64,000 nucleotides of DNA from Cenarchaeum sp. (GCA_965206845.1 OZ242221.1:1-64000); one strand, 5' to 3'; positions 47,023 to 57,898 are shown, counted from the stretch's first letter. Notes: generated by a model not told the origin, from the sequence alone. Made by a program: numbers and translations.

Positions 47023-47844
47023 ATGTATACCCGTATGCAGGTAGGTGTGGCAGGCAAAAGGGGACGAAGTCTGGTTGTTGCAGGTTTTGCCGCCATTGCC
47101 GGCCTCGTGTTGGTGTACTCGCGGTATCAGGATCCAAGGTATATCACTCCTGAAGCTGTGGATGACTTTCTGCGCATGGCGCTGGGATTCTACGTCGTGC
47201 TGCTGGTGGCCTTTGGCGGAATAGCTTACGGGCTGTACATGTATCACAAGGCCAAGACACAGGGCGACAGCGATCTGCTCTCTGTAATTGCGCGCGTCAC
47301 ATGGAACGCCAGGGCCAGAAAGATATTTGTCGCTACATCTCTGACGTACGGGCTGTTCTTCTCGCTGGCATCAGGAACCTTGGTGTATCAGCCAGAAGTG
47401 ACATTCTCGTACCACTACGGGGTGGATATACCGTCTGCCCACCTGGTTCCGTGCTGTGACGCGCCCGGATACATGCCAAAGCTGCTTGTATATCTCGACG
47501 AGCACGTTGGGCTGCAGATAGTGCCGATCAACCTGGTTCTACAGGTTGTGGTATCGTATCTGGTGGGACTCAATATGGCCATCGCAATGTCCGCCGTGTC
47601 CCTATCCGGGAAGAGGAAAGGCATCACCGGCGTGGGGGCGATAACGGGGCTCTTTATAGCATGTCCCACCTGTGTGGGCACGCTGTCCTCTGCATTTGTG
47701 GGTACCGCCGGCGGCATTGCGCTGTCGGTAACGCTGGTTCAGCTACAGACACTCTTTATTGCCATAGCGATTCCAGTGCTCTTTGCTACGCCGTTTATAC
47801 TGGCAAGAAAACTGAGGAACCCAGACGGCAGCTGTCGGGTGTAG
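47023..47844 (+). CDS. membrane protein with CC and CPTC motifs
   Basis: Multiple TM segments, PCCD, ACPTC; possible metal or redox role is inference only. Confidence 0.8.
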   Translation: MYTRMQVGVAGKRGRSLVVAGFAAIAGLVLVYSRYQDPRYITPEAVDDFLRMALGFYVVLLVAFGGIAYGLYMYHKAKTQGDSDLLSVIARVTWNARARKIFVATSLTYGLFFSLASGTLVYQPEVTFSYHYGVDIPSAHLVPCCDAPGYMPKLLVYLDEHVGLQIVPINLVLQVVVSYLVGLNMAIAMSAVSLSGKRKGITGVGAITGLFIACPTCVGTLSSAFVGTAGGIALSVTLVQLQTLFIAIAIPVLFATPFILARKLRNPDGSCRV

Positions 47845-47851
47845 TGTGGTG

Positions 47852-48103
47852 CTACTCGAGTGGCCTGACCTCGGGTGTCTTGTAGTTCCCGATGTCAAAG
47901 TTGTCCTGCCGCAGGTACTTGAGTGTGAGCTTGTAGACCAGTTCGTCGTGACCTGTCTTTGTCAGTATGTCCTTCCAGAGCACCCTGCCCTGTGCGCGTA
48001 TCTGCCCTTGCAGCTCCACGTTTAAGACCTTTGCAATCTTCTTACATTCGTCAAACGTCTTGCCGTTTCTGTAGGCCCTTGCCCTTGAGTCGCATCTATC
48101 CAT
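47852..48103 (-). CDS. hypothetical protein (83 aa)
   Basis: Clean ORF with TTAAAA about 30 nt upstream on the - strand. Confidence 0.72.
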   Translation of the reverse strand: MDRCDSRARAYRNGKTFDECKKIAKVLNVELQGQIRAQGRVLWKDILTKTGHDELVYKLTLKYLRQDNFDIGNYKTPEVRPLE

Positions 48104-48313
48104 GTGCCATTCATGGTACGCCGCTATCCTTTTAACTCTTCTAGCCTGGACGCTCGATTATGAAATCTGCCTCCGCTTGGCTAGGGGCTAAACGCCCTCC
48201 TCCATATCTGCGCTATGCCGCCATCGCGATGTTTGCCATCCTATACAACGAGCGGTTCCACGCCGCTGCCACAAGTTAAAATTTTTATTATGAGTGGCCG
48301 TCACGCCGTTCTG

Positions 48314-48592
48314 TTGGGAGACAAGATCAAGTGCTCGCACATTCTGGTAAAGAAGATGGGCCAAGCAGAGGAGATTCTGGAGCGCCTAGGCAAGGGAGAA
48401 AAGTTCGGCAGGCTGGCCAAAGATCTGTCACTGGACTCACCTAGCGCCAAGCGGGACGGCAGTCTAGGATATTTTGTCCGCGGAAAGATGGTCAAGAAGT
48501 TCGACGATGCGGCATTCAAGCTGCAGGTGGGCGAGATCTCAAAACCCATCAAGACCGAGTACGGGTACCACATAATCAAAAGACTGGCATGA
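48314..48592 (+). CDS. parvulin-type peptidyl-prolyl isomerase
   Basis: KIKCSHILVK, FGRLAKDLS, DGSLGYF.RGKMV, PIKTEYGYHII; TTG 48314 gives 92 aa, the size of thaumarchaeal parvulins. Confidence 0.93.
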   Translation: MGDKIKCSHILVKKMGQAEEILERLGKGEKFGRLAKDLSLDSPSAKRDGSLGYFVRGKMVKKFDDAAFKLQVGEISKPIKTEYGYHIIKRLA

Positions 48593-50089
48593 TCAAGTGT
48601 ATGCGTCAAGGCCACGGATCGTATTCTGCCGATCCTGTACCATTCCAGACATCTCCTTCTCCACCCTCTTCGCAGAGACGATCTTTCTTTTGCCTATCCA
48701 GTGATATGCCTCGTCTATGGTGCCCTGTGCTATCAGAACCGTAAGCCTGCCGGCATCCCTCCTGCCTGTCCTGCCGCGTCTCTGAACATACCTGATGGAG
48801 CTGGGAACGTTGTCGTAAAAGATCACTTGATTTACTTCGGCTATGTCAAGACCCTCCTCGCCCACGCGGGTAGCAACCAGAACTCTGTATGCTCCAGTTC
48901 GGAACTTCTCTACTGCCTCCAACTGCTCCTTCTGTTTCAGTCCTGTCTCACCAGCCTTGCCGATCAGGATTCCGGCAGGAATGCCCATCTCCACCAGCTT
49001 TTGGTAAATCACATCCACCGAGTCGCGGTAGCTGGAGAAGATCAACACCTTTTCTGGAGTGCTGGCAAGCAACCTCTGAAGCTCCTGCATTTTGGGATGC
49101 TCTATTCCGCGTTTCTGCAGCTCCCCTGCTACTCTGATCGCCTTTCTGAACTGCAGATCCATCTCAAACAGCTCGCTGATTCCTGCTCCTTTCTTCTTTC
49201 TGGTGCGCTCGCAGAACCGCAGAAACGTTGTGACGCCGTGCGCCTCGAACATGTTGAGCGCATACATGATTCGAATCGCGGTAAACAGCGGCTTTGCGGA
49301 GCGCCTGTTCTGGTTCAGCACGTGCTGTCTGACCCTGAGAAGCTCCGACAGGGACGGCCGCTCGGTAATGCTGATTCCGTTTCTTCTCAGGGTGGTGCAG
49401 CGCTGGGCAAGTGCAGCCTTGAGGCAGGTCTGGATCAATTGCATCTCGTTGGACAGCTTCACCATGATCGACTCCGTGTGTGTTTGCTGGATGTACGGCA
49501 TCACATCTGGACTTGACTCGTCCCTGTGCGCCACGCTCTCGATTCGAAGCATCTTCATTATCTCGGTGGCCTTTACCCTATCGCTGGGAAGCGTGGCAGT
49601 CATTCCAAGTATCCTTGTATTTGTGGACACAAAGCGTGCGGCGATGCCCGAGTAGGCATAGTCGCCAACTGTACGGTGTACCTCATCAAATATTACCAGA
49701 CTAAACTGTGACGGCAGCACCAGACCCCTGTCTAGATCATTCCTTGTTATCTCTGGTGTTGCGCACACTATGCTGTTGTTCCAGAGCTTGGCTCTCTTGG
49801 CTACTGCATCCGCGCCGGTAACCAGAACCACGTCCTGTATCGTCATGCTGTTCCTTAGAAACTCATAGTGCTGGTTTACCAGCACCCTCGTAGGGGCAAG
49901 AAACAGAACCCCGCCACTGCCTCTAGAGATATACTCTGCTATTACCTGAAGCGCAACGGCAGTTTTTCCAAGTCCCGTGGGTAGCACCACAATGCAGTTT
50001 CCGTCCTTGGCCTGGCAGGCCAGGTTTACTTGGTAGTCCCTTCTCTCTATGCTGTTCTTTTTGATATACCGCTGGTCTAAAAAATCCAT
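48593..50089 (-). CDS. Hef/FANCM-like SF2 helicase (no nuclease domain)
   Basis: LPTGLGKT, DEVH, GMTAT, VGEEGLDI, QRRGRTGR. Confidence 0.92.
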   Translation of the reverse strand: MDFLDQRYIKKNSIERRDYQVNLACQAKDGNCIVVLPTGLGKTAVALQVIAEYISRGSGGVLFLAPTRVLVNQHYEFLRNSMTIQDVVLVTGADAVAKRAKLWNNSIVCATPEITRNDLDRGLVLPSQFSLVIFDEVHRTVGDYAYSGIAARFVSTNTRILGMTATLPSDRVKATEIMKMLRIESVAHRDESSPDVMPYIQQTHTESIMVKLSNEMQLIQTCLKAALAQRCTTLRRNGISITERPSLSELLRVRQHVLNQNRRSAKPLFTAIRIMYALNMFEAHGVTTFLRFCERTRKKKGAGISELFEMDLQFRKAIRVAGELQKRGIEHPKMQELQRLLASTPEKVLIFSSYRDSVDVIYQKLVEMGIPAGILIGKAGETGLKQKEQLEAVEKFRTGAYRVLVATRVGEEGLDIAEVNQVIFYDNVPSSIRYVQRRGRTGRRDAGRLTVLIAQGTIDEAYHWIGKRKIVSAKRVEKEMSGMVQDRQNTIRGLDAYT

Positions 50090-50316
50090 ACCCATACACT
50101 TTGCTGTGATAAATTTATGGTTTCGGGTTTTGCTAGTTAGTTTCACAACCTAGGTCTTAACGGCACCTCTTTGATCCAAACGCGGGCGCTTGTGGCAGTT
50201 CTACGCCTCATGCTCTTGCGATCGCCTCCCGTGCCACTGCCAACAGACGGGGGAGGAGTACCGTGCCGAGTGAGGGGGGAACTACTTTTCGTATTCCACA
50301 CACAGCCATCTTATAC

Positions 50317-51549
50317 GGCTGTGTCCTACAGATATAGATCATCTCTAAATAGCAGGGTATATTGATCGGCGGATCGCGGCCCCGCCAATGACAGATGGAA
50401 GACGCGATCAGCGACCATTCAATATTGTCCAGCAGTACCTGCCGGGCCTGATACTGAGCACCATATTGAACACCGTCAAGGAGATGGGTGACCCCTACCA
50501 AGCCAGACCTGGACTGGGCGGCATGACCGCCTACCCGCCAAAGGCCATGGCCGTTGTCTGCATCATGCGTGGAGGCAGAGATGAAGACCTACAGGAAGAT
50601 GGTGGGCTACCTCAGAATGCACCCGGATCTTGTCAGCAGGATCGGGCTGTCCGGGATACCCTCCAAGAGCACCATATGGCGCGCCTACGGCCTGATCCCC
50701 GAGTCGTACCTGCGCGAGGTTCACCTGAGGATCACAGGCGACATCGTGGCCGGTTCGCTGGCCGGGGACAGCACCGGCTACTCAGGCAACCGGTTCGTCC
50801 GCTGGTTCAGCATCCGCCACAGCCAGGCCAAGACCAAGCGCGGGTGGATCAAGCTTCACAGCATCATCGATATCGCGACCAGAGCCATCCTGGACTATCA
50901 CGTCACCGACGGATACACCTCCGACATCACCGGCATGTGGCCCATGTTGGACCGGCTTGCGGACGGGAACGGCAACTTTTGCCTGGACTCGGCCTACCTG
51001 GCCAGACTGATATGCGACGCGATAGCCGGCATGGGCATGACGCCCCGCATCCTGCCCAAATCCAACACGACCTGCAAGAACGGCGGCAGCCAGGCCTGGG
51101 GCGAGATGACCCGGACCCACAGGGACGACCTTGACAGGTTCATGGCAGAGTACCACCAGCGCAGCATAATCGAGGCCGTCTTTGGGGCAATCAAGAAGAT
51201 GTACGGGAACCACCTCCGGGGCAGGAGGCTCGTCCGGCAGAACCGAGAGGTTGCAATCCGGATCATTTGTTACAACATAGAGGTAGTCGCGCGATCGCAC
51301 GTAAAAAGCGGCAGGCTCACGCACGAGTCGCTCACTGCAATGGCTGCATAGCCGGCGCGGAGACACCCGCGCCGCCCGTAGGGGAACCTGCGCACCATCC
51401 CTTGGATCGGATAGGATTTTACAGTTTCGGACAGCGTTTGAAGCCGGAGATGTGGGAAAAATACCGCAATCCCAAGAATTCGAAGAATACCCGTATTGGC
51501 GACGCGACGACGGCGGATGATTGTGGGGTTATGTCCCTAGGACACAGCC
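50317..51549 (+). mobile_element. IS5-family (IS903-like) insertion sequence
   Basis: 12-bp inverted repeat GGCTGTGTCCTA / TAGGACACAGCC; 9-bp target duplication ATCTTATAC / ATCTTACAC. Confidence 0.9.
50388..51351 (+). pseudogene. IS5-family transposase with one +1 frameshift near 50568
   Basis: ...AMAVVCIM in one frame continues as VEAEMKTYRK...GDSTGY...KLHSIID...LDSAY...YHQRSIIEAVFGAIK in the next; removing one C fuses them. Confidence 0.82.
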
Positions 51550-51597
51550 ATCTTACACGCAATACTTATTACGTTCTGAATTGGAAAACTAGCAAGT

Positions 51598-54498
51598 ATG
51601 CGTTTAATCCAGTATGGTGTCATCGCAGCTCTTGCAGCGTGTGTCATGGGATCTAGTGCATACGCACAGGATACGGAAATGACTGGGAACCTTGAGGGCA
51701 CTGTCCGGATAGGCGCGCTGGTTCCGGTTTCGGGCGATGCCTCGGCGCACGGCACAGAAATCAAGATTACGATAGATCTCGCAGAGTCTGACTTTAACGA
51801 CTATCTTGCAGAGAACGGAGTAAACTGGAGGCTTGATATAGTGGTCGAGGATACCGCAAGCAGTCCAGTAATCGCTCTTGATAAAGTATCTGGCCTCAAG
51901 GCGAAGGGCATCACTGCCATTGTGGGAACGTACTCTAGCTCGGAGTTGCGAAACATCAAGGGATATACGGAACCCAACGACATGCTCCTGCTCAGCTATG
52001 GTTCTACCGCCCCGTCCCTTTCACTCGCGGGGGACAACATATTCCGGTTTGTTCCGGATGAGACAAAGCAGGCCCCGGCAATTGTGCAATACCTGACTGG
52101 GATCGGGGTTACAAACCTGGTTCCAATATGGAGAGGCGACGCTTGGGGCGACGGATTTATTGATGCCGTGAGATCGGAGATGACTGCGGCAGGCGGTGCC
52201 ACGGGCGAGGGAGTGCGGTACCATCCGGAGGCCCTTGAGTTTTCCACCGAGATCGCCATACTGGCGGATCAAGTCAAGCCCCTCATAGATGAGGTCGGCG
52301 CAGACAAAGTCGCAATCATGGTAGTAACGTTCTCAGAGGTCACGCCCATCATGCAGACTGCATCACAGTACGAGTCTCTCTCCCAAGTGCTTTGGCTCGG
52401 TACCGACACGATCGTAAATGACGGGGAGTTCTCAGGCGACGCAATTGCCCAAGAGTTCGTGAATAAGGCAGGATTGGTTGTAACGAGCTATGCCCCGGCA
52501 TCGACCACGATATCCGAGGAAATAAGTGAGCGGGCAATGGAGATCACCGGTCAGGCTCCAAACATATACGCGATAACCGCATACGATGTAGTATGGGCTC
52601 TTGGGCTGTCGATTCTGGCTGCAGACTCTACAGAGACAGATGCGATTGTATCTGCCATGCCCGGCGTGCTGGAGGACTATTCTGGGGGGCTTGGCTCGAT
52701 CGTCCTAAACGATGCCGGCGATATGGGTGTGGCCGTATACAATATATTCACAGTGAGGGACTCGCAGTGGACCTTGATCGGATCCTATGACTCGGCAACG
52801 GATTCCCTTGTGCTTGAAGATGCCATGATGGACGATAAAATGATGAAGGACAAACTGTCCGGGGAGATCCGCCTTGGCTTGATCACGCCGCTCTCGGGCG
52901 ACGTGGCCCAGTACGGGGAGGAGAACCTGGCGGCAACAAACCTTGCCGTAGATGACTTTAACAAGTACCTTGCCGACAAGGATGCCGGCTGGTCAATTGA
53001 ACTTACGATAGAGGACTCGCAGACGCTTCCCACGGCAGCGCTGGAGAAGATCCAGTCGCTGCGCGCCAAGGGCATAAGCATAGTGCTCGGGCCCTGGTCC
53101 AGCGCGTCCCTGCAGAACGTAAAGGGGTACGCCGACTCCAACGAGATGCTGCTGTTCAGCTGCTGCTCCACATCACCGCTCATTGCCATCTCCGGGGACT
53201 CCGTCTTTAGGATGTCACCGGACGACTCCAACCAGGGTACCGCAATAAGCAAGCTCTTCGATGACGCCGGAATCGAGGTCATGGTGCCGGTGTGGCGCGA
53301 GGACGCATGGGGAACCGGACTCCAGGACGCCTCACGGCTGTCATTTGAGTCCCGGGGCGGCATAGTCGACGATGGCTTGGGCTACAACCCGGAGGTCAGC
53401 GAGTTCTCAGTCGAGGCCTCAATCCTGGCAGACACCGTGCAGGGATATGTTAATGATCACGGCGCCGACAAGGTGGGCGTGCTGTACGTCGGGTTCGGCG
53501 AGGTGCTTCTGTTCATGCAGGCCGCATCAGACTACGAGGTGCTCGGCGACGTAAGGTGGTTCGGCAGCGACGCCAACACAAAGGAGTCAAAGCTGGTGGA
53601 GGACTCCATCGGACTCGGGTTTGTGACTGACACAATGTACACCACCGTGCAGGTGGCATCAGGCAAGAACGATCTCAGCCAGTATGTCGACAGCTCCCTG
53701 AATGAGAGCATCGGACGGATACCAAGCACCTACGCAAGCTCCGCATACGACATGATGTGGCTGATGGGACTGACTATAGAGAGGGAGCAGAGCACCGATG
53801 TTGCGGTGCTGACCGCGGCGATACCCGAGGTTGCAGAGGAGTATGTTGGGGCCTTGGGCTCCTCGCGCCTCAATGACGCAGGCGACCTGGCCCAGACAAA
53901 CTACGACGTCTGGGACATAAGGGACGGCTCATGGACGCTGGCCGGGACGTACTTTTCGGCCACCGACACGATCGCGCTAGAGGGTGCCATGATGGACGAT
54001 GCCATGAAGGACGACGAGATGATGGACGATGCCATGAAGGACGACGAGATGATGGACGATGCCATGAAGGACGACGAGATGATGGATGACGAGACTGACG
54101 AAGCCACGCCTTCCGGCGGCGGATGCTTGATTGCGACTGCCGCATACGGCAGTGAGCTTGCCCCGCAGGTCCAGTTCCTGCGTGAGATCAGGGACAACAC
54201 GTTGCTCTCCACCGCCTCTGGGACATCATTCATGACGGGCTTCAACCAGTTCTACTACTCGTTCTCCCCTGCTGTTGCAGACCTTGAGCGCGAGAACGCC
54301 GTATTCAGGGATGCCGTGAGGGTGGCGATAACTCCTGCACTGTACACGCTGAACATAATGACGCTTGCAGACCAGAACTCTGACAGCTCGGTTCTCGCAT
54401 TTGGGCTCCTCGCAATTGCCGCCATGGCGGGCATTTACATAGCCGGCCCACTCCTAGCGACACGCGCCATTGTCAGAAAAATCAAGACGGCCAGATAA
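51598..54498 (+). CDS. tandem ABC branched-chain-amino-acid-type substrate-binding domains with C-terminal CFI-box-CTERM anchor
   Basis: Signal peptide, two periplasmic-binding-protein type 1 domains (RIGALVPVSGD / RLGLITPLSGD), GGGCLIATAAYGSELAPQVQFLRE and a terminal TM helix. Confidence 0.92.
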   Translation: MRLIQYGVIAALAACVMGSSAYAQDTEMTGNLEGTVRIGALVPVSGDASAHGTEIKITIDLAESDFNDYLAENGVNWRLDIVVEDTASSPVIALDKVSGLKAKGITAIVGTYSSSELRNIKGYTEPNDMLLLSYGSTAPSLSLAGDNIFRFVPDETKQAPAIVQYLTGIGVTNLVPIWRGDAWGDGFIDAVRSEMTAAGGATGEGVRYHPEALEFSTEIAILADQVKPLIDEVGADKVAIMVVTFSEVTPIMQTASQYESLSQVLWLGTDTIVNDGEFSGDAIAQEFVNKAGLVVTSYAPASTTISEEISERAMEITGQAPNIYAITAYDVVWALGLSILAADSTETDAIVSAMPGVLEDYSGGLGSIVLNDAGDMGVAVYNIFTVRDSQWTLIGSYDSATDSLVLEDAMMDDKMMKDKLSGEIRLGLITPLSGDVAQYGEENLAATNLAVDDFNKYLADKDAGWSIELTIEDSQTLPTAALEKIQSLRAKGISIVLGPWSSASLQNVKGYADSNEMLLFSCCSTSPLIAISGDSVFRMSPDDSNQGTAISKLFDDAGIEVMVPVWREDAWGTGLQDASRLSFESRGGIVDDGLGYNPEVSEFSVEASILADTVQGYVNDHGADKVGVLYVGFGEVLLFMQAASDYEVLGDVRWFGSDANTKESKLVEDSIGLGFVTDTMYTTVQVASGKNDLSQYVDSSLNESIGRIPSTYASSAYDMMWLMGLTIEREQSTDVAVLTAAIPEVAEEYVGALGSSRLNDAGDLAQTNYDVWDIRDGSWTLAGTYFSATDTIALEGAMMDDAMKDDEMMDDAMKDDEMMDDAMKDDEMMDDETDEATPSGGGCLIATAAYGSELAPQVQFLREIRDNTLLSTASGTSFMTGFNQFYYSFSPAVADLERENAVFRDAVRVAITPALYTLNIMTLADQNSDSSVLAFGLLAIAAMAGIYIAGPLLATRAIVRKIKTAR
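53989..54090 (+). repeat. 30-bp tandem repeat x3.4 encoding MMDDAMKDDE
   Basis: ATGATGGACGATGCCATGAAGGACGACGAG three times plus a partial copy. Confidence 0.9.
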
Positions 54499-54798
54499 GG
54501 ATCAGCCACCTGTACACTCTGACAGACGTTGGTAACAGAGGATTCTGGCTCTTCAGGCAACCGCTGACGGGGAAGGATATTTGTCGCGGTTGCTGGTCTG
54601 TCTGATGAGGCGCCAGATGACACCCGCTAGGATGGCAACAGCATGATCGGGCTGTCGGCAGATAGCTGCAAACACCACGACGGTAGCGTAAGGTGGACAA
54701 AAAAGAATGTGTCTTTGATTCCCTACGGGTGGAGGCGAGTCGCGCAGTCAAGTACGGCCCACTAAACCCAAATATACAATGGGATTGTCCACTCGAAT

Positions 54799-55335
54799 AT
54801 GACAGGTACCTTTGAGCGGCCCACCTGGGATGAGTACTTTATGCTACAATCGGAGCTGGCAAAGATGCGCTCTAACTGCATAGTGAGAAAGGTGGGCGCC
54901 GTGATAGTCAGAGACAACCGCCAGCTGGCAGCGGGCTACAACGGTACGCCGCCGGGAATCAAGAACTGTTACGAAGGCGGATGCGGGCGGTGCATGGATC
55001 GGGTCGAGGGGAGGCTCAAGTCCGGCGAGGACTTGGCGCGTTGTCTCTGCAACCACGCCGAATCCAACGCGATACTGCATTGCGCAATTCTTGGGATCGA
55101 GGCAGGCATCAAGGGCGCTACGCTGTACACGACGATGGCTCCGTGTCGCGAGTGCACAAAGATGGCAGTAACAATCGGCATCAAAAGATTCGCCTTTATG
55201 GGCAGATACGTTGAAGACGATCTGGGTCTGGCAAAAGCAGCGCAGGTCAAGATGGTACAGATAGACAGCAGCAGAATTGCATACTGGGCAAAGAAGATGT
55301 CAGATTGGGGCTACATGATGGAGCACGGACGATAG
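54799..55335 (+). CDS. dCMP deaminase family protein
   Basis: RPTWDEYFM, VGAVIV, GYNG, HAESNA, PCRECTK. Confidence 0.92.
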   Translation: MTGTFERPTWDEYFMLQSELAKMRSNCIVRKVGAVIVRDNRQLAAGYNGTPPGIKNCYEGGCGRCMDRVEGRLKSGEDLARCLCNHAESNAILHCAILGIEAGIKGATLYTTMAPCRECTKMAVTIGIKRFAFMGRYVEDDLGLAKAAQVKMVQIDSSRIAYWAKKMSDWGYMMEHGR

Positions 55336-55339
55336 CATC

Positions 55340-57898
55340 ATGCAGTCCGAAGCCCAATCCTTTGGGAACACATTCTTGATGCCGCCGTCTATGCTGGTCT
55401 CGGCAACCTACAACGGCAAAAAGCAGCTGGTCACGCTAAAATTTTACGAGCCAGAGTCCCAGAAGATAATTCTCTGGGATGATAGGACGGGACACAAGCC
55501 GTACTGCTACACAAAGCTGCCCAAAGAGGAGCTTGGCTTCCTGGATGGGAGGGCCGACATTCTGGATATCAGGAGTACAAAGCGGCATGACATGATGACA
55601 GACTCGGACATCGTGGTCTCAAAGATCATAGCAGACAATCCGCTTGCCATAGGCGGAACCCAGTCTGACCAGAGTGTCAGAAACATCACTACGACCTGGG
55701 AGTCAGACATCAAGTATTATGAGAGCTACCTATACGACATGGGCCTCATAGTGGGCAGATACTACGAGATAGCAGACGGGCAGATACGCCATGTGGATAT
55801 GGATATCTCCGAAGAGGTAAAGCTGGCCTTGAAGAGCCTGCTGTGGGACAGGATATCGAGCGACAACATAGTCGATGCGGCAGAGTTCCAGGAGTACATT
55901 GCAGGCTGGGCAGATCTGCTCAACCAGCCCATCCCACAAGTTCGGCGGGTTGCCTTCGACATCGAAGTCGAGGCAGAGACAGGCAGAATTCCAGATCCTA
56001 GGGACGCAGAGAAGACTGTAACTGCCGTGAGCTTTGCAGGAAGCGACGGGCTCAAGCAGGTGTTTGTACTCAAGAGGGACGGCGTAGATGTGGGCACCAG
56101 TGAGATGCCTGATGGCGTAAAGGTCGTCTTTTATGAGACCCATCAGGAGAAGAAGATGATCGAGGATTCCTTTGGAGTGATCGCGTCCTACCCGTTTGTT
56201 CTGACGTACAACGGTGACGACTTTGACATGCCGTACCTGTACAACCGCGCAAAAAGGCTGAACATAAACGATCTCGCAAATCCGCTGCATATGATGCGGA
56301 ACTCTGCCACGCTCAGGCATGGCGTACACATCGACCTGTACAGGGCCCTCTCAAACAGATCCCTTCAGATATACGCGTTTAGCAACAAGTACAAGGACTA
56401 CTCGCTGAACAGCGTCTCAGAGGCGCTGCTGGGAGAAGGGAAGATCGACTATGGTGTAAGCCTAGGCGAGCTCAGCCTGTACCAGACGGCGCGCTACTGC
56501 TTTCATGATGCGCTGCTGACCTACAGGCTGACCAGCTTTAACAGCGACATTCTGATGAACCTGCTGGTGGTAATCGCCCGCATAGCCAGGATGCCGGTAG
56601 ACGACATAGCCCGAGTCGGCGTGTCGCAGTGGATCCGCAGCCTGCTGTACTACGAGCACCGCCAGCGCAATGCGCTGATCCCAACGCGCGACGAGCTGAA
56701 GACCAGGACCGCCGGCGTACAAAACACCTCAGTAATCAAGGACAAAAAGTACCGGGGCGGACTGGTCGTAGAGCCCAAGGAGGGCATCCACTTTGACGTC
56801 ACGGTAATGGACTTTGCCAGCCTGTACCCGAGCATAATCAAGGTAAAGAACCTCTCGTATGAGACTGTACGGTGCCCTCACCGGGAGTGCGAGCACAACA
56901 AAATACCAGATACCAACCACTGGGTCTGCACAAAGAAGAACGGAATGGAGTCCCTGATCATCGGCTCCCTGAGGGATCTGCGCGTAAACTATTACAAAAG
57001 CCTCTCCCGCAGCGAGAACCTCACCGCAGAGCAGAGGGAGCAGTATGTGGTTGTAAGCCAGGCGCTCAAGGTCATACTCAATGCCAGCTACGGCGTCATG
57101 GGCGCGGAGATATTCCCACTGTACTTTCTTCCCGCGGCCGAAGCCACCACGGCAACCGGGAGATACATCATCATGCAGACCATAGAAAAGTGCGAGGCGG
57201 CAGGTATAGAGGTGCTGTACGGCGACACCGACTCACTCTTCACCAAGAACCCCACATCCAGACAGATTCAAAACGTGATTGATGGCGCAAAGAAGGACCA
57301 CGGCGTCGAGTTGGAGGTGGACAAGGAGTACAGGTATGTGGTGTTGAGCAACAGAAAGAAGAACTACCTGGGTGTCACAAAGAATGGCGATGTGCACATC
57401 AAGGGCCTTACAGGAAAGAAGTCTCACACGCCGCCGTTTATCAGGACCCTCTTCTACGAGCTTTTGGATGTGCTGTCCGAGGTTGAGAATGTGGACGGGT
57501 TTGAGCGCTCCAAGATCAAGATTAGTAAAAAGATCGCCCATTGGGCCACAAGACTACAGGAGAGAGACATCCCGCTAGAGGAGCTGGCCTTTAACGTGAT
57601 GCTGAGCAAGCCGCCGTCAGAGTACACAAAGGCTACCCCGCAGCACATCAAGGCTGCAAGGTTGCTGGAGGGAAGGAAGGAGATAAAGAAGGGCGACATC
57701 ATATCCTACGTGAAGGTTTTAGGTAAGCTGGGCGTCAAGCCGGTGGAGCTGGCAAGGGTTGACGAGATTGACGCAAACAAGTACCTGGAGTTTTTAGAGT
57801 CAACCATGGATCAGATTACGTCTTCCATGGGACTGGATTTTGACTCGATCGTGGGAAAGCCAAAGCAGACCGGCTTGGAAGATTTCTTCTGGGGATAG
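55340..57898 (+). CDS. polB: family B DNA polymerase
   Basis: FDIEV, YNGDDFD, DFASLYPSII, QALKVILNASYGV, YGDTDS, KKNY; no intein seen. Confidence 0.96.
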   Translation: MQSEAQSFGNTFLMPPSMLVSATYNGKKQLVTLKFYEPESQKIILWDDRTGHKPYCYTKLPKEELGFLDGRADILDIRSTKRHDMMTDSDIVVSKIIADNPLAIGGTQSDQSVRNITTTWESDIKYYESYLYDMGLIVGRYYEIADGQIRHVDMDISEEVKLALKSLLWDRISSDNIVDAAEFQEYIAGWADLLNQPIPQVRRVAFDIEVEAETGRIPDPRDAEKTVTAVSFAGSDGLKQVFVLKRDGVDVGTSEMPDGVKVVFYETHQEKKMIEDSFGVIASYPFVLTYNGDDFDMPYLYNRAKRLNINDLANPLHMMRNSATLRHGVHIDLYRALSNRSLQIYAFSNKYKDYSLNSVSEALLGEGKIDYGVSLGELSLYQTARYCFHDALLTYRLTSFNSDILMNLLVVIARIARMPVDDIARVGVSQWIRSLLYYEHRQRNALIPTRDELKTRTAGVQNTSVIKDKKYRGGLVVEPKEGIHFDVTVMDFASLYPSIIKVKNLSYETVRCPHRECEHNKIPDTNHWVCTKKNGMESLIIGSLRDLRVNYYKSLSRSENLTAEQREQYVVVSQALKVILNASYGVMGAEIFPLYFLPAAEATTATGRYIIMQTIEKCEAAGIEVLYGDTDSLFTKNPTSRQIQNVIDGAKKDHGVELEVDKEYRYVVLSNRKKNYLGVTKNGDVHIKGLTGKKSHTPPFIRTLFYELLDVLSEVENVDGFERSKIKISKKIAHWATRLQERDIPLEELAFNVMLSKPPSEYTKATPQHIKAARLLEGRKEIKKGDIISYVKVLGKLGVKPVELARVDEIDANKYLEFLESTMDQITSSMGLDFDSIVGKPKQTGLEDFFWG

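Noticed and set aside
48593-50089. Hef helicase lacking the ERCC4 nuclease domain as a truncation
   Set aside because: All SF2 motifs are present and the ORF ends cleanly against the parvulin gene; helicase-only forms are known in archaea.
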